From Macrostomum lignano (Eukaryota): a DNA stretch of 64,000 bases. The translations under genes were made by a program, and so were the position numbers. The DNA is taken from assembly GCA_002269645.1 (NCBI GenBank), contig NIVC01001797.1:124001-188000 (forward strand). Direction: 5' to 3'. Of this stretch, positions 40,987 to 52,012 are shown piece by piece (the stretch's first letter is position 1; each line of letters begins with the position of its first letter). A model generated the notes under the pieces. It was given only the letters and a program-made list of their open reading frames with translations. It was not told where the DNA came from and did not search any database.

Positions 40987-41245
40987 TTATTTCTCTTCGC
41001 ACCACTCGGTCTCCCGGCGCACCTGCTCTTCCTCCTGCGGCGTGAAGTCGCATCGAATGTTGAACGCCTTACGGATTTCTTCCGGACTCCGCCCTCTAAT
41101 AGCGTCAGCAACTGCTTTGCACGCCGTGTCGAGCAGGCCTCGAATATCCAGATAGTTGGCAGCTTGGATCAACTCGAACAGGGCCGATTGATCCATGCGA
41201 AGGAATTCGGCGTCCCAGCTGGATAGCTGCTGCGGCTGCAGGTCT
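40987..41245 (-). CDS. SKP1: SKP1-like protein, exon 2
   Basis: CGCAG acceptor phase 2; [55 protein letters not shown]...EWCEEK-stop is the Skp1 dimerisation domain. Confidence 0.95.
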
Positions 41246-41289
41246 CTGCGTGGTGGATTACAGGCTTCCTAGATACAGGTAAGCAGAGA

Positions 41290-41670
41290 CTCCTAGGTCT
41301 TCTCGCAGACACCCAAGTCCTCCCATAAAGACACCCAAGCCCTCCCATCGACACCCAAGTCCTCCCATAGACACCCACATCCTCGCAGACACCCAAGTCC
41401 ATTCAGAGACACCCAAGTCCTCCCAGAGACAAACAAGTCCTCCCATAGACACCTAAATCCTCCCATAGACACCCAAGTCCATTCAGAGACACCCAAGTCC
41501 ATTCAGAGACACCCAAGTCCTCCCAGAGACACCCCAAGTCTACCCAGAGACACCCAAGTCCTCCCATAGACACCCAAGTCCTCCCATAGACACCTAAATC
41601 CTCCCATAGACACCCAAGTTCTCCCATAGACACCCAAGTCCTCCCATAGACACCCAAGTTCTCCCATAGT
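41290..41670. repeat. Minisatellite of about 20 bp, GACACCCAAGTCCTCCCATA, filling the SKP1 intron
   Basis: Direct periodicity. Confidence 0.92.
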
Positions 41671-41691
41671 CTTCCCTGCAAGTCAGCTCAC

Positions 41692-41930
41692 CTGGCATTT
41701 TCATCGTCCTCAGGTGGTGGCGGGTCGTCTTTGTGATGCGCGCACCAGGCCATGGCTTTCCGAAGCGCGGCAGCGGTCACGTGAGGCAGGGATATGGCCT
41801 CTTCGTCGTCGTCAATCTCCGTTACGCCGAGATCGTGCAGCATCGACCGCAGCAGCAGAGACTGCTTGGCGGTGTCGGCGTCAACTTCGACTATTTCGTT
41901 ATCGACTGTTAGAAGCTTGATGCCGGGCAT
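41692..41930 (-). CDS. SKP1: SKP1-like protein, exon 1
   Basis: MPGIKLLTVDNEIVEVD...AWCAHHKDDPPPPEDDEN (Skp1 POZ domain); GTGAGC donor; the two exons total 498 nt (165 aa). Confidence 0.95.
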
Positions 41931-42049
41931 GGCCGTTTAAATAGCTGGAATCCAGTTTTAACATTTCGCTACTCATAGTAGAGCACGCATAGATACCCAC
42001 AAAACAGCGGACACAGAAGTACTCCCTCCTCCCCTGACAGAAGCCACTA

Positions 42050-42382
42050 ACACACTCTTACAGACACTAATGACCCTCCTACAGACACTAATGACCCTCC
42101 TACAGACACTAATGACCCTCCTACAGACACTAATGAGCCTCCTACAGACACTAATGACCCTCCTACAGACACTAAAGACCCTCCTACAGACACTAACGAC
42201 CCTCCTACAGACACTAACGACCCTCCTACAGACACTAATGACCCTCCTACAGACACTAATGACCCTCCTACAGACATCAATGACCCTCCTACAGACACTA
42301 ATGACCCTCCTACAGACACTAATGACCCTCCTACAGACATCAATGACCCTCCTACAGACACTAATGACCCTCCTACAGACCC
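42050..42382. repeat. Minisatellite, 21-bp unit ACAGACACTAATGACCCTCCT
   Basis: Period 21. Confidence 0.95.
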
Positions 42383-42902
42383 TACTCAAAAGCGAAATAA
42401 AATAACGCAAGCAATCAACCATGGCATGGGATTAAAACAGACGAACAAATTTAAAAACAAATTGCTGAACAAACGGGCAACAACAATAAATGAATTAGTT
42501 TTACAATAGTAATTATTTTGTATTTAATATTACACTTATAATTAGCAGCGATGAAGAACAAAGTCGAATTTGACTATGGCGAATTAGCGAAGCAATAAAA
42601 ATAGCCTTTTTTCACAGGAAGGTCTGATGCTGACGGTTGCAGAACGGGGAGTCTAACAATTAAACACATTATTAATGGACAATCAAAGCATACAATCATA
42701 GAATTTTTAATTTACACCAATAAATCAATCCATTAGTTGTAGACTGTCAATTAACGCGAACAAGTTTGTAGGTTAAGAATACATTTAAGCACAAAATTCA
42801 AATATATACTGGATTATGGGTATGGGTGCGACAACTGCTCTGATTGTAACTGGCATGTGACAGTTTGTTGAAAGGGAGAAGATAAGAAGGGCAGGCTTGG
42901 CT

Positions 42903-43628
42903 CCCGCAAAATCTCATAGCTAAGCTGGCTGATAACCGCAAAATCTCATAGCTAAGCTGGCTGAAAACCGCAAAATCTCATAGTTAAGCTGGCTGAAAAC
43001 CGCAAAATCTCATAGTTAAGCTGGCTGATAACCGCAAAATCTCATAGCTAAGCTGGCTGAAAACCGCAAAATCTCATAGCTAAGCTGGCTGAAAACCGCA
43101 AAATCTCATAGTTAAGCTGGCTGAAAACCGCAAAATCTCATAGTTAAGCTGGCTGATAACCGCAAAATCTCATAGCTAAGCTGGCTGAAAACCGCAAAAT
43201 CTCATAGCTAAGCTGGCTGAAAACCGCAAAATCTCATAGTTAAGCTGGCTGATAACCGCAAAATCTCATAGCTAAGCTGGCTGATAACCGTAAAATCTCA
43301 TAGCTAAGCTGACTGATAACCGCAAAATCTCATAGCTAAGCTGGCTGATAACTGCAAAATCTCATAGCTAAGCTGGCTGAAAACCGCAAAATCTCATAGT
43401 TAAGCTGGCTGATAACCGCAAAATCTCATAGCTAAGCTGGCTGAAAACCGCAAAATCTCATAGTTAAGCTGGCTGATAACCGCAAAATCTCATAGCTAAG
43501 CTGACTGATAACCGCAAAATCTCATAGCTAAGCTGGCTGATAACCGCAAAATCTCATAGCTAAGCTGGCTGATAACCGCAAAATCTCATAGCTAAGCTGG
43601 CTGATAACCGCAAAATCTCATAGCTAAA
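42903..43628. repeat. Minisatellite, 32/33-bp unit ACCGCAAAATCTCATAGCTAAGCTGGCTGATA
   Basis: About 22 copies. Confidence 0.95.
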
Positions 43629-44132
43629 GTAGCTAATGACTAAAAACTCCCACAGACTGTGGGCAAATTCCAAAATAGTTACATTTATTGTATAATTACA
43701 GATCAGAGAATGCAGGAAAGAGTTTCAAACTCACTATCTAAATAATGTAATAAACTTAATTTAAACAAATATAAACGCACACAGGAACCGAATTCAATGT
43801 TGCAATCGGTCAATTGTACACGCCGCTAATAACCACTTTTGTACAATTCTTCAACAAAAAACCAATATTAGAAAAAGCACAATATTTGATTAATTGATTT
43901 ATTTGTACACTAAATAAGAATAAAGTTATAGCTTGCCATTGATAATATAATAATTTACACATATTAATTATATTAATTATATAGTAAGGGAAATGCAGGC
44001 TGCTATCATTCACCGCATTATTATATTTTATTAATATAATAGTCAACTGGGAGTGCTGAATTCTGCCTACGGATCAAATACAGATGGTAACTGAATATCT
44101 AAATAATGTGTTCATTTACAGTCTACTTATGC

Positions 44133-44202
44133 GCTGTCTGTCTGTCTGTCTGTGTGTGTGTCTGACCGTCTGTCTGTCTGTGTGTCTGTCTGTCTGTCTG
44201 TG

Positions 44203-44233
<31 letters not shown>

Positions 44234-44525
44234 CTGTCTGTCCGTCTGTCTGTGTGTGTCTGTCCGTCTGTCTGTGTGTCTGTCCGTCTGTCTGTCTGTC
44301 TGTCTGTGTGTCTGTCCGTCTGTCTGTCTAACTATCTATCTTCTAGCTTATCTATCTATCTATCTATCTAACCAACTATCTATCTGTCTACCTTTTTATC
44401 TATCTATCTATCTATCTATCTGTCTATCTATCTATCTATCTATCTATCTATTTACCTATCTATCTATCTGCCTATCTATCTGCCTGTCTATCTATCTATC
44501 TTTCTATCTATCTATTTATCGATCC

Positions 44526-44574
<49 letters not shown>

Positions 44575-44607
44575 CCTATCTATCTATCTATCTATCTATC
44601 TACCTAC

Positions 44608-44655
<48 letters not shown>
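44133..44655. repeat. Compound microsatellite (TCTG/TCCG)n grading into (TCTA)n
   Basis: Direct periodicity. Confidence 0.95.
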
Positions 44656-44924
44656 TGGTATGTGGCTGCTAAAGCCATTTTCAGGATCTCCGCATGAATC
44701 TCCTCAACTCGACAGACGCACAATGGTATCGTTTATGGATTTTAAGAGCGCGGGAGCGAATTCCAAGGAGTCACGGAGTTTTGGTCATACATATTTAATA
44801 CCTGGCATCCACGTGTTCTTTATCAATAATTTCAATTACAAATTTGACTACTTAATAATGATGAACTGTTCGTATCAACGGAGGAAACCAAGCCAGTTTC
44901 CTAAGCCACTGAAATCGCAGGCGC

Positions 44925-45392
44925 TCAGTTATCAGCAGCGATTGATGTGGCGACAGGCTCGGGTGCGTCGCTGACTGGCGGTGCGACGGTTTCGGCAGCG
45001 GCTGATGACCGAGCCCGCTTCCGCTCGCCGCCGCCTTCGCTCTCCTTGCTGCTGCTGCTGTCTCGGCTGCCGTCGTTTTTATCGTCGCTACTGTCGTCGC
45101 CAGGCGCCGTCAGCGGCTCATTGGCGCGACGCTTCACGCCGGCGCCGGAGGAGGAGGCGGCTGCAAAACTGCGCATATGTTGCAGACGAGACTGCAGTGC
45201 TGAATTCAATAACTGGGCATCGCCGACAGAATTGAGAACTAGAAGGCAGACCCGCAGGCCGGCACCGACGCTGACACCGGCGGATTCGCCTTCTTCGATT
45301 GATTGCACACTGATGCGAAGGCGCTTAGAGCTGCCAGGCTCGCCAACTAGTTCAACGCTCATCTCTGGCCACAGCATTGTGTTTATAATTAC
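44925..45392 (-). CDS. RANBP3: RANBP3-like protein, last exon (C-half of Ran-binding domain)
   Basis: CTCAG acceptor, phase 0; GGLK|VIINTMLWPEMSV parallels RANBP3 RLILNTKLW; TGA at 44925. Confidence 0.88.
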   Translation of the reverse strand, partial: VIINTMLWPEMSVELVGEPGSSKRLRISVQSIEEGESAGVSVGAGLRVCLLVLNSVGDAQLLNSALQSRLQHMRSFAAASSSGAGVKRRANEPLTAPGDDSSDDKNDGSRDSSSSKESEGGGERKRARSSAAAETVAPPVSDAPEPVATSIAADN

Positions 45393-45461
45393 CTGAGCAA
45401 TGTAATATTTTATTAGTTTTATTAGTTACTCAGCGTTTTTGGCTTCAATCTTTTATCCTTC

Positions 45462-46890
45462 AGGTCTCTGCTACCCTCCCACTGATCTTTCAGGAGTCTC
45501 TGCTACCCTCCCACTGATCTTTCAGGAGTCTCTGCTACCCTCCCACTGATCTTTCAGGAGTCTCTGCTACCCTCCCACTGATCTTTCAGGAGTCTCTGCT
45601 ACCCTCCCACTGATCTTTCAGGAGTCTCTGCTACCCTCCCACTGATCTTTCAGGAGTCTCTGCTACCCTCCCACTGATCTTTCAGGAGTCTCTGCTACCC
45701 TCCCACTGATCTTTCAGGAGTCTCTGCTACCCTCCCACTGATCTTTCAGGAGTATTTGCTCTGCACAGAGTCCACACACTGATCCTTCAGGAGTCTCTGC
45801 TCTCCGCACACTGATCCTTCACGAGTCTCTGCTCTCCGCACACTGATCCTTCACGAGTCTCTGGCTCTCCGCACACTGATCCTTCAGGAGTCTCTGGCTC
45901 TCCGCACACTGATCCTTCAGGAGTCTCTGCTCTCCGCACACTGATCCTTCACGAGTCTCTGCTACCCTCCCACTAATACTTCACGAGTCTCTGCTCTCCG
46001 CACACTGATCCTTCACGAGTCTCTGCTCTCCGCACACTGATCCTTCACGAGTCTCTGCTCTCCGCACACTGATCCTTCACGAGTCTCTGCTCTCCGCACA
46101 CTGATCCTTCAGGAGTCTCTGCTCTCCGCACACTGATCCTTCACGAGTCTCTGCTCTCCGCACACTGATCCTTCACGAGTCTCTGGCTCTCCGCACACTG
46201 ATCCTTCAGGAGTCTCTGCTCTCCGCACACTGATCCTTCACGAGTCTCTGGCTCTCCGCACACTGATCCTTCACGAGTCTCTGGCTCTCCGCACACTGAT
46301 CCTTTAGGAGTCTCTGCTCTGCACAGAGTCCGCACACTGATCCTTCAGGAGTCTCTGCTCTCCGCACACTGATCCTTCACGAGTCTCTGGCTCTCCGCAC
46401 ACTGATCCTTCACGAGTCTCTGGCTCTCCGCACACTGATCCTTCAGGAGTCTCTGCTCTCCGCACACTGATCCTTCACGAGTCTCTGGCTCTCCGCACAC
46501 TGATCCTTCACGAGTCTCTGGCTCTCCGCACACTGATCCTTTAGGAGTCTCTGCTCTGCACAGAGTCCGCACACTGATCCTTCAGGAGTCTCTGCTCTCC
46601 GCACACTGATCCTTCACGAGTCTCTGGCTCTCCGCACACCACTGATTCTTCAGGAGTCTCTGCTCTCCGCACACTGATCCTTCAGGAGTCTCTGCTCTCC
46701 GCACACTGATCCTTCACGAGTCTCTGGCTCTCCGCACACTGATCCTTTAGGAGTCTCTGCTCTGCACAGAGTCCGCACACTGATCCTTCAGGAGTCTCTG
46801 CTCTGCACAGAGTCTGCACACTGATCTTTCAGGAGCCTCTGTTCTCCGCACACTGATCCTTCACGAGTCTCTGCTACCCTCCCACTGATC
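45462..46890. repeat. Minisatellite, 32/33-bp, two subtypes (AGTCTCTGCTACCCTCCCACTGATCTTTCAGG and AGTCTCTGCTCTCCGCACACTGATCCTTCACG)
   Basis: Fills about 90% of the RANBP3 intron. Confidence 0.95.
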
Positions 46891-46992
46891 CTTTCATCAC
46901 ATAGATAGATCACACCGTCTTTTAGCGACCACCATTCAGCACAACAACCCTTCAAATCATTAAAAGAGGGGTCAAAAGCACGCGATACTGAC

Positions 46993-47961
46993 CTTCAGAC
47001 CGCCTTGGCTGCGGCAAATCAGTCTCGATTTAAGCGGCTGCCGGCCACGTTCGCCAGGCGTTGTTTGCCGATCGTTCAATCGCAAGAAGGCGCGGCCCCG
47101 TTCGACCCAAGATTTGCTAGCGGCATCGAATACGAATACTCGGCACGGTATGCGGAGCACATTCTCTTCGCCTTCTTCGCCCGTTACCACGGCAACCTGG
47201 CTGAACTCGCCAACCGCCGATTCCTGCTGCTGCCGACGCTCTAATTCGTACTTCTCTGCGGACGCTTTCAATGCCGACGCGGATTTTTCCTCTTTGGCAG
47301 CGGCTGGGACCGGCTCCGACTTGCCATCAGCCTGGCTGCTGTCGACGGTCTCTTTTGCGTCGCTGTCAATGTCGCTCCTCTGGGCGCCAATTGACAAGTC
47401 GGCGGCAGCGGCCGCGCCGCTAGCGTCGATTCCAGAGTCGGACGTTTTTGACGAACAGGCGGCATCGGCAAAGGTGGCCAGCGGCGAAGCGGACGCGCCA
47501 AACTGTACCACGCGGCTGGAGAGGTTCTCGCCGAATACGTAGCCGGATCCGCTGCCGCTGCTGGCGCCGCCGCTCTCTAGCGGGCGAACAAATCGGCTAA
47601 AATAGTTGCCACCCTCGCTGCTGCCCCCGGCAGCCTCGCCAGAGTTGGTCCCCGCTGTTGATTTGTCATTATCATTAGTAGCGCTGCTACTACTGCTAGA
47701 ATTGGCGCCCCCGCCGCCGTTGCAATTCTTGGCGCTAGTGGCGCCTATACTGGCGCCAATTGTTGCGCCACCAGACGAAGAAACGGGTAGTCGGGGCGGA
47801 CCAAGGCGAAATGGCGACGCTGTTGACGCCGATAGAGACGATGGAGCAACGAAAACTTTATCGGCAGTTGCAGCCAGGCTTGATGGACGGAAGAAGCTGT
47901 CCGTAGTGGGCTGGCTGCCACCGCTGCCTGCACTGTTGCTACTATTGCGCGAGTCTGTCAT
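46993..47961 (-). CDS. RANBP3: RANBP3-like protein, first coding exon
   Basis: GYVFGENLSSRV motif; VTGEEGEENVLRIPCRVFVFDAASKSWVERGRAFLRLND is the RanBD N-half; GTCAGT donor; 969 nt. Confidence 0.9.
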
Positions 47962-50649
47962 GTGAGCCTGCAGTCAAATTTTCTATGGCATGAACATATT
48001 TGCTACTTGTTGAATCTGTGATAGTATACAGTTATCACTACAGCAAAAATATAGTTGGCAACTATATTAATTTGAACTTGAATATAAAATCGACATTATT
48101 GTAAAGTTAGTTCATAAGCCTAAAGATTAGAATAATAGAACATTGTTACCTATCTACCTACACAAGAAATATATACTAGCCTAGCTCTACAGCACATGGC
48201 GCAAGCTATGTCACTCAAAAGTCAAAAATAAGCTAAAATATAAAATACTAAGCATATTCTCAAAGATGGTAACCTAATATTGTCAAATATACTATATATA
48301 CTATAGAGTATACAAGGAGCATGCCCCATTTTTTGGTATGATTCATTGTTTGCTATATATATATCATTATTAGCTATATATACCATTATTTGCCACATGT
48401 AATCTTATCTTTTAGCTAACCTATTCACTAGACCTACTCTCTAGCTTATCTATATATATAGTGTACATGATCTAACTTCCTAGGACCTAGGACATATAAT
48501 TGCAAAGCAAAGAAAATTTTATATATATAATATACTTATAACTAAGACTAAGCAAGTACAATATATTTATGGAATTTTATGATTATAATTTAAGAGTATA
48601 TTATAAAATTTCTTTATATCTACTATAGTTGAGAAGCGACATGTATACCAGGATTTCCTGGCATACAACAAGGGTCTTACCATTCTTTAGTATACACCAG
48701 GATATATCCCAGTATACATGACACAGTAGATACATTGTGTCAAATGACAATTTTTTGTATTGGCACACAAACCCAGTATACAAATGAGGTTTTGTCATTT
48801 TTTCTGGCATTAAAATTGGCATACACTAATGCATGATCCAAACTATGGTATATCTATTTATAGCTATATGTTAAATATTTTCTTATAGCCTATCTATATC
48901 TTTATTTATAGCTAATATTTTTTCTTTTCTTTTTGCCTTTTCCTCTCTTTTCTCCCTTTGCTTTTATTAGTTGGTTCTAGAAGAAAGCCTCAATAAATTA
49001 TTAACTTATTAAGTCTTGCTTTATTTAGGGCCTAATAATGGCAAACACTGGATAGTTTTCTTATTAGCTTTATTATCTTAACTTTAGCCTTTTATTACAA
49101 ACCATAATATACATATAGACTTAGAATTAAGTCAAGAGCTCTTTTTATAAAAGTTTTGAAACTAGCAACATTTATCCATTTTAAATAATTTTATATTACT
49201 TTTTTATCAAATAAATGGCTTCAATCTTTAAATTTCAAGTACCTAGGTCTAATAATAGATTTAGGGGAGGTACACAAGGTAGGCCTATATATCTTCCATT
49301 GAGTTTGTTTTTAATTTTTTTCTATTTGGCCCTTAAAATGTAACTTAGTAATCTATTTACAACCTATATCCTCTATTCAAAATTTTCTAGATCCACTCCT
49401 GATTCAAAGTTTAACTTTAAGCCATTTAAGAATTATTTTATCATTATTATTACATTTTAAATTTTGAATTGTGCAAGTTTTATTTGCCTTGATCTTAGAG
49501 TCATTTGGTTGTTCTAAGCAAAGCTGGCCCCTGGCAGCTAAATGAATATTTAAAATTGACCCTTTTAATGACAAAAAAGTTTTAAGACAATACTCATATT
49601 CAATTCCCTCAATACTATTTAGTATTCAGTAGTTTATTTGAAGATTTATAAAACAATAAAAACAAAAAGATGGTTTTTAAACAAATTCATTTTAAGGTAA
49701 ATTCCAGGCATTTTGGTGACAGTTAATTTTGGCAAAAAGTTTCTCTTTTACTTTTACAAATCATTTTCTATGGCTATTTATTTAGTCTTTTTATTATATT
49801 CTTACTAACATAACCAATGTGTCTATATCGTACTGTAACCACCTACAGCCTACAAAATACTTTCCCTTTTTGTTAAATGTAATGAACACTTGTGCTCTGA
49901 CAAACAATCCTGTGATGTGCTGATTGTTTGTCGGGATAAGAAGCTTTGATAAATATCCGCACTCTGACTTTGTACCCACCAACCTGAAGAGACCGACCAA
50001 GTATATGAGTGAACCCCATCACCAAAGCGGCTTTGTCACAGTACGATCTACAACTCTGATCTTATGAGAACATTTACATGTACTATGGTTTCCACATTTA
50101 TTGAATCAAAATTTCAATTTTATTGTATAGCCACATCTTAAGTACCATGCATGAAAATACAAATGTTTTATATAATTTGTTGTAAAATGTAGTATGTGGC
50201 TGTACCACAAAGCTAAAATTTACAAAGTTAAAATACTCGACATTAAGACATGACTGTGTGGACTGTGGAGATAGACACACATCTAAAGAGTGCAGTCTTA
50301 GTTTTGAAAGGAAAAGTTAGCATAAGATTCACACTAAAAAGAATGAACAGCATTGCATTATGTTAAAGCATTAAAGGGCATTTCGCGGTTGGGGTGGGTG
50401 AGGGCATTGCGTCATTCGCGTGGCTTTTGTTTTGGGTCTACAGTTTGGTTTTCAATGACAACTGCATTGACTTTGACTTGGATTGAGTTAGAACACTCTT
50501 GGAAACACACATTTGTACTCAGACAATAAGCATTGTTGACAAAACGTACTTGTTGCCAAATTTAACATTGCTTGTTGCCGAAGTCACAATTTTTCATGTC
50601 ACCGAAATCAACTATCACCGAAAAGCCTGGCACCCTTTTAAGGTTCTCT

Positions 50650-50980
50650 ATTCCAATAAGCTGCCATGGGGATAAGCTGAAAATTATCAACATGGATCTG
50701 TGTGCATAGGCCTAAAATTGGAATTAGGCCTATTGACACAGCCCATAGACTTGAATAGTGGCAGGCAGCAGCTATTTCAATAAGTTGCTATGGGGATAAG
50801 CTAGAAATTATTATCACAGATCCATGTGAAAAAATTGGAATTATTGACACAGCCTATAGGGCCTAGACTTGAATGGTGGCAGCTATTTTAAAAAGCTGTT
50901 GTGGGATAAGCTGGAAATTATTGACATAGATCCATGTAGATAAAATTGGAATTATTGGCACAAGACCATGGGGATAAGCA
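50650..50980. repeat. Decayed three-copy repeat of about 115 bp (GGGATAAGCT...AAATTGGAATTATTG.CACA)
   Basis: Three alignable copies starting near 50647, 50772 and 50883; they differ by GG(G)CCTA insertions. Confidence 0.8.
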
Positions 50981-51957
50981 CTTCTTAACTTTAATTAATT
51001 AAATGACACATTTCACACTAGGCCTAACACTACAAGTAGTCCTAGCCTACAATAGGCCTATGCATCTTTAGGTTTATTTGAACTTACAAATAAAAGAAGT
51101 AGCCATCTAGAATAGGACACATTTCTTTCTTGACATACATAGCCATGGACATGGTATGGGTTTGCTGACTTTAAGAAGATCCTAGGCCTAGGAATTGTAG
51201 AATTAGGTCCAGCCATGCAGCTTAGGTCCAGTCGGCTACCTAGGCCTAGCATTAAGGGCTATAGGCCTAGGCCGTACCTACCTAAGGACCTAGGCCCACT
51301 TCTTTAAATAAACTAACAAGCAAGTATTGATAGTAGGTCAAACTTGGACATAGTCATAGGCCTAGATTATGTTCCCACCAATCCGACGCATGCAACTGCG
51401 AGCAATAATCTGCCGCCTGCATCTGTTAGGGCTAGCAATGGACTAAGTAATTTAGACAGTTGAAACCTAGGGTAGGCCTAGGGAAGGGAGCTTCGCGCGT
51501 ACGCGCTTCGGACTGCACTGTGCCCTTCTATCTACAGAGTGCTCAATGAAAGTGTTCAGGAAAAAAATGCATGCATTTGATGTTTTTTTACCTTATCTGT
51601 GTGATACATGTCTTGCTATCTCACTCAGCTTCCTCTGTGGTACTTGTTTTAACCAGAAGTTCATGAAACATTTGGCGCGAATTTGGGTTTCTTTGGTCCA
51701 GAATTTTGGTTAGGCGAGCTCGCTGCTCGCGCCATGTTTAAACTTTAAAGTATATCAACATTCAACAAATGTTTATTTTTTGGTATCAACAACTCTGGGT
51801 TTTTTAAAGTTGGAAATCTAGTTGCCAATGGCTAGGCCTAGTTTTCGTTGCCCATTGGAAACTAGCCAAATTCTCAAGGATGGATATTTCCAAGAATCCA
51901 AGGCTATGTTTGATTTTAAAAAGCAGAAATTTGTTCTCTTAACTCTAAGTCTAAGAT

Positions 51958-52012
51958 CAGGGGCGTAGCCAAGGGGGGGGGGGTTATGGAGGTCATGACC
52001 CCCCCCCCCAAC
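51958..52012. mobile_element. Solo end of a CAGGGGCGTAGCC-type non-autonomous DNA element
   Basis: CAGGGGCGTAGCCAAG-G11-TTATG...CATGA-C11 hairpin typical of such MITE ends; no partner end found. Confidence 0.35.

Noticed and set aside
39723-41226. 440-492 aa His/Thr/Tyr-rich ORFs
   Set aside because: 22-bp minisatellite plus the antisense of SKP1 exon 2.
44947-47965. Plus-strand ORFs overlapping RANBP3 exons
   Set aside because: Antisense shadows of GC-rich coding sequence.
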